This document shows, in pieces, positions 9,592 through 19,454 of a stretch of DNA of 32,000 nucleotides; positions within the stretch are counted from its first letter, which is position 1, and the number at the start of each line of letters is the position of its first letter. The translations under genes were made by a program, and so were the position numbers. The stretch is taken from positions 191,053 through 223,052 of the forward strand of contig DXJG01000002.1 of NCBI GenBank assembly GCA_019056805.1. Direction: 5' to 3'. The notes under the pieces were generated by a model, which was given only the letters and a program-made list of their open reading frames with translations, did no database searches and was not told the origin of the DNA. This DNA is from Candidatus Baldrarchaeota archaeon (GTDB lineage: Archaea; Asgardarchaeota; Baldrarchaeia; Baldrarchaeales; DXJG01).

Positions 9592-9672
9592 TCTATTTAC
9601 TTCCTTTCAGAAATATATTTTAATCAAGATATATGATAATATAAATTCGCTAACAACTTGTGAGGGCTACAA

Positions 9673-11004
9673 GTGACACAAACATCTACTATAGTATTCC
9701 TAGGAGGAGCGCGAGAAGTAGGTAGAACATCGATATTATTGGAGCTTGAAGATCTAAATATTCTACTTGATTGTGGAATTAATGTAGGTGGAAAGGGAGA
9801 GAATAGATATCCCCTCTCAATGCCGAAAAAACCAGACATAACAATTTTATCTCATGCTCATCTTGATCATGCAGGCTATATTCCAGCGATTGCTAAAAAA
9901 TATCAATGTAAAATTTATGCTACACCCCCGACACAAGATATATCCGAAATTTTACACATAGACCTACTAAAAATCGCTAAAGAAAGTAGAGATGCTTTAC
10001 CCTTTGAAATGAAAGATGTTATGGCTCTCAGAAAATACTTTATTGATTCCTCATACAGAATACCAATTTCCCTAAACGATAATGTCAAGCTTACCATGTA
10101 TAGGTCTGGTCACATCTTAGGCTCAGCTATGATAAAAATTGAAACAGAGTCACTTTCCATCCTTTACACCGGAGATTTATCAATGCGAAATAGTAAAACT
10201 CTTGAAATGGCAGATACAGATGTTGGAAAAGTAGACATACTCATAATTGAATCTACCTATGGGCATTCCTCAGATAAACATCCAAGTAGACAAAAAACAG
10301 AACAAGAGTTCATAAAAGCAATCCAAAAGACCATTAAAAGAGGAGGAAAAATTCTGGTACCTGCATTTGCAGTAGGCAGAGCTCAAGAAGTCATGCTTAC
10401 ATTAGAATCTTACATGAGAAGTAAAGCCCTATCAAATGTCCCAATCTATATTGATGGAATGATAAGAAAAATTAACGAACTCTACAGAATCTACTGGTTT
10501 TACTTAAGACCGCAAATAAGAAGAACAATAAGATATGCAAAAAGAAACCCACTAGAATCTAAACTATTTACGATAGTAAGAGACAGAGATGAACCCGTTG
10601 AACGAGAAGAACCATGTATAATCATAAGTACCTCAGGGATGTTAGAAGGCGGACCGGCAATGTTTTATCTAAAAGAACTTGGCAATGATCCTAAAAACCT
10701 TATTTGTCTAACAGGTTACCAAGTACCAGGTACTAGAGGAAGAAAATTACTTGATGGAGAGAAAGAAATAGAATTACCAACCGGAGAGGAAATTGAAGTT
10801 TCAGCAGAAGTAAAATTATTTGATTTTAGCGCGCACGCAGATCAACCCAGCTTGTTCAGGTTTATTTCTTATTTAAAAGGAGTACAAAAAGTATTTTGCA
10901 TACACGGAGAAGAAAATAAAGTATTAGATTTTTCAGAAAGAATAAAGAAAAATAAAAAAATTGAAGCATATGCCCCCAAAGTCGGAGAAGAAATAACGCT
11001 CTAA
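9673..11004 (+). CDS. Metallo-beta-lactamase/beta-CASP ribonuclease (aCPSF2-like)
   Basis: FLGGAREVGR, LDCG, SHAHLDHAG, GHILGSA, YTGD, ESTYG, PAFAVGRAQE, FSAHAD and HGE. No KH domains. Confidence 0.92.
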   Translation: MTQTSTIVFLGGAREVGRTSILLELEDLNILLDCGINVGGKGENRYPLSMPKKPDITILSHAHLDHAGYIPAIAKKYQCKIYATPPTQDISEILHIDLLKIAKESRDALPFEMKDVMALRKYFIDSSYRIPISLNDNVKLTMYRSGHILGSAMIKIETESLSILYTGDLSMRNSKTLEMADTDVGKVDILIIESTYGHSSDKHPSRQKTEQEFIKAIQKTIKRGGKILVPAFAVGRAQEVMLTLESYMRSKALSNVPIYIDGMIRKINELYRIYWFYLRPQIRRTIRYAKRNPLESKLFTIVRDRDEPVEREEPCIIISTSGMLEGGPAMFYLKELGNDPKNLICLTGYQVPGTRGRKLLDGEKEIELPTGEEIEVSAEVKLFDFSAHADQPSLFRFISYLKGVQKVFCIHGEENKVLDFSERIKKNKKIEAYAPKVGEEITL

Positions 11005-11006
11005 AT

Positions 11007-11282
11007 TCAGGTAGAAACAGCTTTCCTGACGGTTGCTATAGAATTATCCGCGATACCTTTTTCTTGTAATTCATCTGGGTTCATCCACACTTCGTTTATG
11101 GGAACTTCACCTTTCGAAAAAGAGATGCTTCTGAACTTTTTCTTCTTAGCTACAACTATTTCAATTTCCTGGCCGTCTTCAATTTCTAGAAAAGACATGG
11201 TTTCGGGATTTAAAAAAGATTTTCCTCTCTCCACCTCTACACGATGTCTAAGTCTCATTCTTTTTTGTCTAATTCCATCCAT
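11007..11282 (-). CDS. Small stand-alone double-psi beta-barrel-like protein (Cdc48/VAT N-domain-like)
   Basis: The pattern LNPETMSFLEIEDGQEIEI ... VWMNPDELQEKGIADNSIATV resembles the two pseudo-repeats of a DPBB. Fold assignment is inferred. Confidence 0.6.
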   Translation of the reverse strand: MDGIRQKRMRLRHRVEVERGKSFLNPETMSFLEIEDGQEIEIVVAKKKKFRSISFSKGEVPINEVWMNPDELQEKGIADNSIATVRKAVST

Positions 11283-11296
11283 TCCATCACCTCAAA

Positions 11297-13027
11297 TTAT
11301 TTTGATGATTTACCTAGCTCCTCGAAATTCTTTCTACCTTTAAAGTAATCTAAAAGTTCATTGGTTAAATCATGTACAGAAATCCGAATTTGCTGCCATG
11401 TATCTCTATCTCTTAACGTAACGGTATCGTCCTTTTGAGTTTGGTAATCGATAGTAACCGCTATAGGGACACCTACTTCATCAGCGCGGGCATATCGTCT
11501 ACCAATGGAACCAGAGTTATCATACATTGCTCTAATTCCTTCATCTCTAAGACTCATCCATACTCTTTGTGCGGTACTTGGAAGATTATCTTTATTAACC
11601 AGAGGAAACACTGCAACCTGTATAGGTGCCAAATCCCTTGGTAATTTAAGAACTACTCTATTTTCCTTCACAGAATAACTGCATTCAAGTGTAGCGTAAA
11701 CCAACCTATCTGCACCAAAACTTGGCTCAAAAACATGGGGAATAAATCTTCTACCTGTTATTTTCTCTGTTTTCTTCTCTATTTTTACATGTTTAGGTTC
11801 TATACGGATACCATCGAATTCATAATAACCCTTTTTATCAAATGAGACTTTTATATCCATAGGATTAACATTTTTAAGCATACTGAACACTTTTTGAGCA
11901 TTGTCACCGAAATCCGATTTAATAATTTCCTTTAAGGGTTGAACAACAATTTTTTCGATAATTTGCGGCTCTTTAAATCGTTTAAATACTGTTAAATCAA
12001 CTCTACTGTGTTCCATATGACGCTTTAGGTCATAGTCTGTTCTATAAGCATGCCCAGCAACTTCTACCCATCCAAAACGCTGCAAATAAATCTCGTGATC
12101 AAAAGTTTGTTTGGAATAGTGAGCCTTTTCCCAGGGCATCTGTTCTTTAAATCGCTGTCTTTCCCATGGAATACCCAAGCTAGAGATGAAGTATTTAGAT
12201 ATAACCATAAAATAAGCCTGCCATTCGGCAGAAATATAACCTTTATCAACTGCTTCACGAGCAGTTACAATCAAGGGCTCTTCCTCATTTCTCGCTCGCA
12301 TATCAGCAGTCACTAATTTCAACTCTTCGTCTTCAACTTCACTTAACTTCGGACACGAAAGATCTTCAGGATCAACGAACACTTCAACTTCCATAATAGT
12401 AAATTCTCTTAAACGAATCAAACCCTTTCTCGGGCTAATTTCATTTCTCAACACTTTACCAATTTGAGCAATTCCTAGCGGTAATTTTTCTCTAGTAACT
12501 GTGAAAATTCTTTTGAATTCAACAAACATGCCTTGAGCAGCTTCAGGCCGTGCATATCCTCTGTTTTCACTATAAGGGCCAATTGTTGTTTTAAACATTA
12601 AGTTAAATTGACCGACTTTACCAAGCCGACCTCCACATTCTGGACATTTAATATTCTCTTTTTCAATAATTTCTTCTATTTCTTCGATACCTAATCCTTC
12701 AGCAACTTTACCAGTAGCGTCCTCAATTATATGATCTGCTCTAAATTTCCTTTTACAATCTAAACATTCAACAACTGGATCTGTAAAATGATCCAGGTGT
12801 CCACTAGCTTTAAAAATTACCTCAGGCATAATTATCGGACTTTCAATTTCAACAAATCCCTGTTTATAAATAAACCACTCTCTCCATTTTTCCTCTATTC
12901 TGTGCTTTAACTCTATTCCGAGAGGCCCGTAAGTAACAAAACCCCTAAGACCACCATATATTTCAAAACTGGGCCAAAGGAACCCTCTTCTTTTCAAGAG
13001 CTCCACAATTTTTTCATAAATGTCCAC
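11297..13027 (-). CDS. glyS: Glycyl-tRNA synthetase (archaeal/eukaryotic alpha2 type)
   Basis: RRGFLWPSFEIYGG, RPEAAQGMF, RNEISPRKGLIRLREFT, EPSFGADR and anticodon domain GSIGRRYARADEVG. Likely GTG start at 13027 after GGAGGT; the ORF track extends to 13078. Confidence 0.96.
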   Translation of the reverse strand: MDIYEKIVELLKRRGFLWPSFEIYGGLRGFVTYGPLGIELKHRIEEKWREWFIYKQGFVEIESPIIMPEVIFKASGHLDHFTDPVVECLDCKRKFRADHIIEDATGKVAEGLGIEEIEEIIEKENIKCPECGGRLGKVGQFNLMFKTTIGPYSENRGYARPEAAQGMFVEFKRIFTVTREKLPLGIAQIGKVLRNEISPRKGLIRLREFTIMEVEVFVDPEDLSCPKLSEVEDEELKLVTADMRARNEEEPLIVTAREAVDKGYISAEWQAYFMVISKYFISSLGIPWERQRFKEQMPWEKAHYSKQTFDHEIYLQRFGWVEVAGHAYRTDYDLKRHMEHSRVDLTVFKRFKEPQIIEKIVVQPLKEIIKSDFGDNAQKVFSMLKNVNPMDIKVSFDKKGYYEFDGIRIEPKHVKIEKKTEKITGRRFIPHVFEPSFGADRLVYATLECSYSVKENRVVLKLPRDLAPIQVAVFPLVNKDNLPSTAQRVWMSLRDEGIRAMYDNSGSIGRRYARADEVGVPIAVTIDYQTQKDDTVTLRDRDTWQQIRISVHDLTNELLDYFKGRKNFEELGKSSK

Positions 13028-13139
13028 ATATCCTACCTCCATACTTCTAAAATAACCGTATGAAGCCTCAACGAACAATGAATAACCTTAATAAAATAGT
13101 TATTGTATAAAGCAGGATTCCTTTATGCAGAGGCATTGC

Positions 13140-13283
13140 CTACCTTGCTTTAACTCTTTTAATTAGAGGTGGTCTAGCCTTATAGAGTATCCTATGACCA
13201 CAATAAGGACATCTTACCCCCGGTAGGGCCTTCAAATCTTCTGATGTCATCTGACGTCCACACTTAGCACAAACATATGGCAT
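13140..13283 (-). CDS. rpo12: DNA-directed RNA polymerase subunit Rpo12 (P)
   Basis: Hand translation gives MPYVCAKCGRQMTSEDLKALPGVRCPYCGHRILYKARPPLIKRVKAR* (47 aa, CxxC..CPYCGHRILYK). GGAGGA RBS at 13290-13295. Missed by the ORF track. Confidence 0.95.
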   Translation of the reverse strand: MPYVCAKCGRQMTSEDLKALPGVRCPYCGHRILYKARPPLIKRVKAR

Positions 13284-13402
13284 TAATATTCCTCCTTGTA
13301 GGAACATCCTTCTCCTTTTGCTTATACTCTAAATTACTTAAACTCTTCGACGTGAGACATGTAAGACAAAAATTTATTTATGTTTCGTATTACTATAAAA
13401 AG

Positions 13403-15013
13403 TCATAAAACCTCTTCTGCTTCCACTAATCTATCAGAAATAACACGAACAACTTTCACTTTAAGTTTTTTACCTATCTTATCTCCAGCGTTTTTAACAA
13501 TAACAACAGGGCCTTCAGAAATCACATATCCTATACCATCACCTCTCCTTTTCTTAAAAGGTTCAGCTATAATAACATCGAGTACCTTGCCAATCAATTT
13601 CACTTTCCTTTCTCTATTAACCTTACTAACTTCTTTAACTATTTCCTTACTTAAAGGATCTCTTACAGCAGGTGGAGGAGTTTGAAAATCTCCAAAAGCA
13701 GAAAATGGTAATGGCTTGAACCTATAGATGGTTATTTTCTCAACGTCATAGGCATTCATTTTACGTATAACATTAATTGTTTCCTTAACGGTTTCTTTGG
13801 ACTGACCAGGTAATCCATGGATAAAATAAACATAAGGTCTTAAACCATATTTCTTTGCTATCTTTACAGCATTTAACGCTTCCATTGGAGTTGAAGGTCT
13901 ACCAAGAAGCCTAGAATGTGTCTCTGACCCGGTCTCGCAACCTATATGAATAGTACTACCAGGAAGATAACTGGAAATGATCTCTGCCACTTTTTCATCA
14001 AAAAGATTAGGCTTAACATTTTCAATAGTTACATATACTTCTCCATCAGCTACTTCGGGAATACTAGTAATATTTGAAAGTAATTGTTCAATAGCTCTAT
14101 AATTTGGAGGAGGGTTCCTAGGATCTGTTAAAGGTTCTGGAAAAACGATGTTATCTCGCTGATAATCCAGAAAATCCGGTGCACCAAGGACAATTCTCCT
14201 TACACCTTTATTAATAAGTGATTTAATCTCTCGAACAATATTTTTCCAATTTCTACTTCGAGGAGGACCAAAAAGAGAAGGAACTGAACAATAACCACAA
14301 CCCGGAGGTATATTTTGAGGACATGCGTATCTCTGCGCAAGTTTTCCACTAAAGCAAGTACCGCATTCCGAACATTTTCTACCATCTGGTAACATTATTC
14401 TTGTCCTGTAAAAATTTGAACATCCCCGAACACATTCAACATGAACCCTACAAGCCCAGAAAGCTGGATAATCTGCAACTTTCTCAACAGAGGGGAAGAA
14501 CTTATTTAATTTTTCCTTGGGAATAACAGGACGTAACGGATTAATATGTACATTTTTTCCATTAAACCAAGCTATGCCCTTAATATTCTTCAAAACATTC
14601 TCTTCAGGAATTTTTCCATCAATTAACCCGCTACGTAAAAGTTCCTCCAAGGTCTCTTCTCCTTCACCAATAACCGCAACAGAACATCTTGTCTTTAGGA
14701 TCAAGCTATAGGGATCCGAAGCAACCGGACCACCCACAACAACGGGGTAATCGTTGCCCTTAATTTTTCTCCATTTTGAAACAACCCTTACAATGCATGG
14801 TAAATCCATACTCATACCGCTTACAAGCAAAACATCAAAGTTATCAATAGCTGCTTTACTTCCAAGAAAATGTTCCGCCAAAAGTATTCTGCAATTTAAA
14901 TCACTTCGTTCCAAGACACCAGCAATGCTTCTCGGACCAGCACCTATAACATCCTTCGTAGATCTCCTATAATTTTTCCCAGCACCTAAAGCGTCAACAA
15001 TAAGCACGTCCAT
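13403..15013 (-). CDS. B12-binding-like/radical SAM enzyme with C-terminal TRAM domain
   Basis: N-terminal VVVGGP...AVIGEGE domain, RGC...GCGYC cluster motif, IGCETGS, YFIHGLPGQ and C-terminal TRAM-like IGKKLKVKVVRV. Likely ATG at 15013. Confidence 0.85.
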   Translation of the reverse strand: MDVLIVDALGAGKNYRRSTKDVIGAGPRSIAGVLERSDLNCRILLAEHFLGSKAAIDNFDVLLVSGMSMDLPCIVRVVSKWRKIKGNDYPVVVGGPVASDPYSLILKTRCSVAVIGEGEETLEELLRSGLIDGKIPEENVLKNIKGIAWFNGKNVHINPLRPVIPKEKLNKFFPSVEKVADYPAFWACRVHVECVRGCSNFYRTRIMLPDGRKCSECGTCFSGKLAQRYACPQNIPPGCGYCSVPSLFGPPRSRNWKNIVREIKSLINKGVRRIVLGAPDFLDYQRDNIVFPEPLTDPRNPPPNYRAIEQLLSNITSIPEVADGEVYVTIENVKPNLFDEKVAEIISSYLPGSTIHIGCETGSETHSRLLGRPSTPMEALNAVKIAKKYGLRPYVYFIHGLPGQSKETVKETINVIRKMNAYDVEKITIYRFKPLPFSAFGDFQTPPPAVRDPLSKEIVKEVSKVNRERKVKLIGKVLDVIIAEPFKKRRGDGIGYVISEGPVVIVKNAGDKIGKKLKVKVVRVISDRLVEAEEVL

Positions 15014-15190
15014 AAACGCCCTTCCCAGACTCTTAAAATTATTCAATTATACATAACCTATGTATTTAAAACATTAACCGAGAATTTTAGAGATAGTAGT
15101 ATTAATATATCAATGCAATGTAAATAATTTACCCATCAATAAAAATAAATATCAGATAAACTTACAAAGTCAAAAGAACAAATAAAAGAA

Positions 15191-15196
15191 AGGAGG
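15191..15196 (+). promoter_or_regulatory. Shine-Dalgarno AGGAGG upstream of sui1
   Basis: Perfect AGGAGG, 6 nt before GTT (15203) and 9 nt before ATA (15206). Confidence 0.75.
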
Positions 15197-15205
15197 CGCA
15201 AAGTT

Positions 15206-15517
15206 ATATCCTTAGAAAGATGTCCGATCTGTGGTTTACCAAAAGATATCTGCCAATGCGAAGCAATTGCAAAAGAAGAACAAAGAATAAAGATTAGAGT
15301 AGAAAAAAGAAAATGGGGGAGAGAAGTAACAATAATAGAAGGAATAGACGAAAAAGACATAGACCTCCACCAACTAGCTACAAAATTAAAACATAAACTT
15401 GCATGCGGAGGAACTGCTAAAAACGGAAAAATAGAACTTCAAGGAGACCACAGAGAAAGGGTAAAAACGCTACTTATCCAAGAAGGATTCTCAGAAGATA
15501 ACATAGACATAACCTAA
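15206..15517 (+). CDS. sui1: Translation initiation factor SUI1/aIF1, non-canonical start codon
   Basis: Hand translation gives (ATA)[45 protein letters not shown]...[23 protein letters not shown]. There is no in-frame ATG/GTG/TTG back to the TAA at 15146. Confidence 0.93.
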   Translation: MSLERCPICGLPKDICQCEAIAKEEQRIKIRVEKRKWGREVTIIEGIDEKDIDLHQLATKLKHKLACGGTAKNGKIELQGDHRERVKTLLIQEGFSEDNIDIT

Positions 15518-15631
15518 GGTCATCAACATTTATCCCTAAAATTTAGAGGCTTTCCAAAATTCAATACGAATTTATTATCCCAGCTTTTTATTTCTTAATA
15601 ACGGTTTAAAGCGTAAAAAAATATTGTAGTC

Positions 15632-16582
15632 TTAAGGTTCTATTTTTATCTCCAGCTGTTTTATGAGTTCTTTATATCTATTGCGTACCGTCACTTCTGT
15701 TACATGTGCTATTTCTGCTATTTCTCGTTGTGTTCGTCTTTCACCTTCAACAATGCCCGCAATATAAATCGCTGCCGCAGCTAATCCCGTAGGATCTTTG
15801 CCCGCAGTTAAACCGAGTTCTCGCGCCCGCCTTACAATATCAATAGCTAATCTCAGTACCTTGCCCGATAAATTTAATTCTTCGCCAAAACGCCCCACAA
15901 AAACAACCGGGTCACAACCCGGGACACTTACATCTAATCTACGCAGCAATAGTCGATAACAGCGACCTAATTCTTTTTTATTAACCCTGCTTTCCCTACT
16001 AATTTCGTCTAAGGTTCTAGGCACACCATGCAGTCTGCATGCTGCATATACGCTTGCAGCAATCATAGCTTCAATACTACGGCCCCTAATCATACCACCT
16101 ACAACTGCACCTCTATATAGTAGTGCGGCTTCGTCTTTGACTGGTTTAGGCAACTGGAGTTGTGATGTTAAACGATCAAGCTCAGCCAGTGCAAAAGTAA
16201 GATTGCGATCTATGCTGTTATGAACCCTCGTTCTGATTTGCCATTTTCTTAGTCTATAGATCTGTGCCCTTCTTATAGGACTTAATTTTCTTCCAAGCGC
16301 ATCTCTATCACGCCAATCTATTACTGTTGATAACCCCTTGTCGTGTATAGTTGGCGTCATGGGACCTCCAGTTCTTGCACGTTTCTCTCTTTCCTCTGCC
16401 GTAAACGCTCTCCATTCTGGTCCTGGATCTACCATATGTTCCCTAACAACTAAACCGCATTTTCCGCAGATTAATTCTCCACGAGTTGAATCCAAAAGTA
16501 GTTCTCGGCTACCACATTCTGGACACCAATCAATAGTCTCAAAAAGCTTTTTTGAAGTTTTTTCAGAATCTTTTTCAGCCAC
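15632..16582 (-). CDS. tfb: Transcription initiation factor IIB
   Basis: Zn ribbon CPECG...CGKCG, IDxGPEWRAF-like VDPGPEWRAF, two cyclin repeats and RTQREIAEIAHVTEVTVRNRYKEL. Likely GTG start at 16582 after GGAGGGA. Confidence 0.97.
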   Translation of the reverse strand: MAEKDSEKTSKKLFETIDWCPECGSRELLLDSTRGELICGKCGLVVREHMVDPGPEWRAFTAEEREKRARTGGPMTPTIHDKGLSTVIDWRDRDALGRKLSPIRRAQIYRLRKWQIRTRVHNSIDRNLTFALAELDRLTSQLQLPKPVKDEAALLYRGAVVGGMIRGRSIEAMIAASVYAACRLHGVPRTLDEISRESRVNKKELGRCYRLLLRRLDVSVPGCDPVVFVGRFGEELNLSGKVLRLAIDIVRRARELGLTAGKDPTGLAAAAIYIAGIVEGERRTQREIAEIAHVTEVTVRNRYKELIKQLEIKIEP

Positions 16583-16831
16583 AATATCCCTCCAAGCCGT
16601 GGACAAACAAATTAAAGAATTATGAAATATCCACACTTTATAGCTACATGATTAAGGAAATTTAACCGAAAATAATTCCTATGTTGTTTGTTATTTAAGG
16701 TTACCGATATATTTTTAAGCAAACTTCAAAATCGATTTAAATATTTTACGGATTGTGACAAAAAACTAAGTCAATCCACAAAATAGAAACCATTATTTAG
16801 CTAAATCAGAGTTTCACAAATTTTTGACCAA

Positions 16832-17797
16832 CTAAATGCCCTGTTTATACTCATTTTTAAGCCAATTAACATACAAAGCTATACCTTTTTCAATTGGGAC
16901 ATCTGGCTTCCAACCCAACGCCTTTATTTTCGATATGTCAAGTAACATTACCGGAACATCACCAGGCCAACCTCTATCTCCACCTGTATATTTTATCTTT
17001 ACGTTTTCCAATCCTAGGTTCTTAATGACAATTTTAGCTATTTCACTGACAGTTATCCAATCATCAGATCCAATGTTAAAAACATCAAATCCTTTACGAT
17101 GCTTTTCAGCGGCTAACATACTTGCTTCAATACAATCCGAAATATAAAGATACGACTTTTTTTGTTTCCCATCACCCAAAACCAACAGTTCATTAGGATT
17201 CCTTTTAAGTTTCATAAAGAAATCATAAATAACACCATGAGTGGATCTAGGACCAATAATGTTTGCATATCTGAGTGAAACTGCATTTAGGTCATAGAAG
17301 CCACAATATGCCGAAATATAAGCTTCACATGCCGCTTTAGAGGCACCATAGACACTTATCGGCCTTGGTGGATAGTTTTCAGGAGTCGGTACAACCTCAG
17401 CTTCACCATACAAAGTTCCGCCACTTGAAGCAAAAACCATATTAGTTACGTCATTAAGACGCATTGCCTCAAGTACATTAAAAGTACCTTCAACATTTAT
17501 TTTAAAATCTATTTCTGGCTTTTCTACACTTAATCGGACATCAGGATTAGCAGCATAGTGAAATACTATATCTACATCCCTAAGTAGAGATTTAAGCAGA
17601 TTAAAATCTCTTATATCACCTTTTATAAACTTAAAATCCTTCTTTGACATATGATGTTCAATATTTTTTATAGTTGACGAAGATAAATTATCTAAAACAA
17701 TGATCTCATTCTTACGTCTAACTAATTCATCAACTATATGGCTCCCAATAAATCCACATCCACCAGTAACCAAAATTCTTTGTTCCAGTAAATTCAC
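16832..17797 (-). CDS. NAD-dependent epimerase/dehydratase (UDP-glucose 4-epimerase-like)
   Basis: TGGCGFIGSH, YGASK, LRYANIIG, GDGKQKKSYLYISD and GWPGDVP. Start overlaps the map stop (GTGA). Confidence 0.92.
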   Translation of the reverse strand: MNLLEQRILVTGGCGFIGSHIVDELVRRKNEIIVLDNLSSSTIKNIEHHMSKKDFKFIKGDIRDFNLLKSLLRDVDIVFHYAANPDVRLSVEKPEIDFKINVEGTFNVLEAMRLNDVTNMVFASSGGTLYGEAEVVPTPENYPPRPISVYGASKAACEAYISAYCGFYDLNAVSLRYANIIGPRSTHGVIYDFFMKLKRNPNELLVLGDGKQKKSYLYISDCIEASMLAAEKHRKGFDVFNIGSDDWITVSEIAKIVIKNLGLENVKIKYTGGDRGWPGDVPVMLLDISKIKALGWKPDVPIEKGIALYVNWLKNEYKQGI

Positions 17798-18753
17798 AGC
17801 TCTTCCCCTTTATCCATCGTTATTATCTCGCAACCATCTTCTGTTACAATGACTGTATGTTCCGCTTGAGCAACCATACTTTCTTTCTCATCTGCGAGGA
17901 CACGATATTCATAAAGAATTCCTTTAGTAGTTAACTCCTTTATTGCAAGCCTTATTGCAGGAATATCCTTAACCAACCAGCGCTCAGCAAAAGGTAAACC
18001 CTTAAATCTTTCACTAGCTAACTTCAAAAGCTTACGAGAACTTGAAAACCTTACAGGAATCCTCACAGGCAATATACGATAAATATAAGCATAAGGCTTT
18101 TCATGAACAGTCCCAGAACCAGTAGACGCAAAAGTCTCTACAGCATAAACCTCTCCAACCTCTATAGGTTCTCCGTGCGGTAACGTGATATTTGGTATAA
18201 TTTTAGCACCATGAAGCGAATATTCATCTAATAAATGACCTGAAAGATCCCTAATCGGCGTATAACCATATTCCCTAATTTTTTCATGAATTAATTTACC
18301 AATATCATTTGTTTTAACCCCAGGCTTAATATTTTCAATCGCTATCCTAAGAGCCTCTTCTGCAGCTTCCTTAAGTTTTTCAAAACCAGAATTTAAATCG
18401 AAAGTAATTGCTGTATCAGCTATAAACCCATCAACATGTACACCAAAATCAACTTTAACTATACTATTATCCTCAAGCACCGTTTCATCGTTTGGAGGAG
18501 AAGTATAGTGAGCAGCAATATTATTTATAGATACGTTACATGGAAAAGCCGGGCTACCACCTAACTCCTTTATAAGGGATTCAACCCGATTACAGATCTC
18601 AATTACGGGAGTCCCAACTCTAACAAGTTGTTCTAGCTGTTTACGCACCTTAACAGCTATCTGACCAGCCTTACGATACTTTTCGAATTTTTCCTCTTCC
18701 TCTACTTCCTCTTCTGTTTCTTCTACTGTTTTTTCCTCTTTTTTCTCGTTCAA
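17794..18753 (-). CDS. map: Methionine aminopeptidase type II
   Basis: AFPCNVSINNIAAHYT, KVDFGVHVDGFIADTA, LSGH, YAVETF and AQAEHTV. Confidence 0.96.
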   Translation of the reverse strand: MNEKKEEKTVEETEEEVEEEEKFEKYRKAGQIAVKVRKQLEQLVRVGTPVIEICNRVESLIKELGGSPAFPCNVSINNIAAHYTSPPNDETVLEDNSIVKVDFGVHVDGFIADTAITFDLNSGFEKLKEAAEEALRIAIENIKPGVKTNDIGKLIHEKIREYGYTPIRDLSGHLLDEYSLHGAKIIPNITLPHGEPIEVGEVYAVETFASTGSGTVHEKPYAYIYRILPVRIPVRFSSSRKLLKLASERFKGLPFAERWLVKDIPAIRLAIKELTTKGILYEYRVLADEKESMVAQAEHTVIVTEDGCEIITMDKGEEL

Positions 18754-18976
18754 TTTTCTCCCTCTTTTCGAGGTCTTTTAATAACATCAAAAATATATAA
18801 ATTGTTTCTATATTTTCATCTGGGAAGGAAACAATTAGTTAAACTATGAAATTACCGTATTACGAGCCGTATAAAAAGTTTATGAATAGACATTTATTCA
18901 ATAAACCTACCAATTATATGGCAAAATCTTTTTACACATAGTGCACATTTTTAAGATTAATTACGGGGCGAGTAAC

Positions 18977-19351
18977 ATGTCTGGCAAAGTGAACCAAATA
19001 AAGCAAATACTCCAACTCTTAGAGATAAACACACCAGGAATCGAAGCCAGCGCTATAGTATCTCTTCAAGGTCTGCCAATAGTCTCTGCCATGCCAGCAG
19101 GTGTAAACGACGATGTAGTCGCTGCAATGACAGCCGCCGTACTCAGCGTAGGCGAAAAAGCCTTACAAGAATTAAGAAAAGGAAGACTAGTAAAAATATT
19201 GGTTGAAGGAGAAGAAGGATACATAATAATGACAACTATCGGCCGAAACGCCATACTTACAGTTCTAGCCAAACAATCCGCAAATCTAGGGCTAATTTTC
19301 CTAATGATGAAACAAACAGCCCAAAAAATAGAAAATCTCCTAGCAGAATAA
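18977..19351 (+). CDS. Roadblock/LC7 (MglB-like) domain protein
   Basis: PGIEASAIVSLQGLPIVS, VAAMTAAVLSVGEKALQEL, VEGEEGYII and NLGLIFLMMK. Likely ATG at 18977. Confidence 0.9.
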   Translation: MSGKVNQIKQILQLLEINTPGIEASAIVSLQGLPIVSAMPAGVNDDVVAAMTAAVLSVGEKALQELRKGRLVKILVEGEEGYIIMTTIGRNAILTVLAKQSANLGLIFLMMKQTAQKIENLLAE

Positions 19352-19454
19352 ATTCACGACATTTAAACCTAAATTCTTAAGTATCACGTAATGCGAAATT
19401 ACATTTTATGATCAAATGTTATGATATCTCTTTTTCATAAATATAAGAATTATA

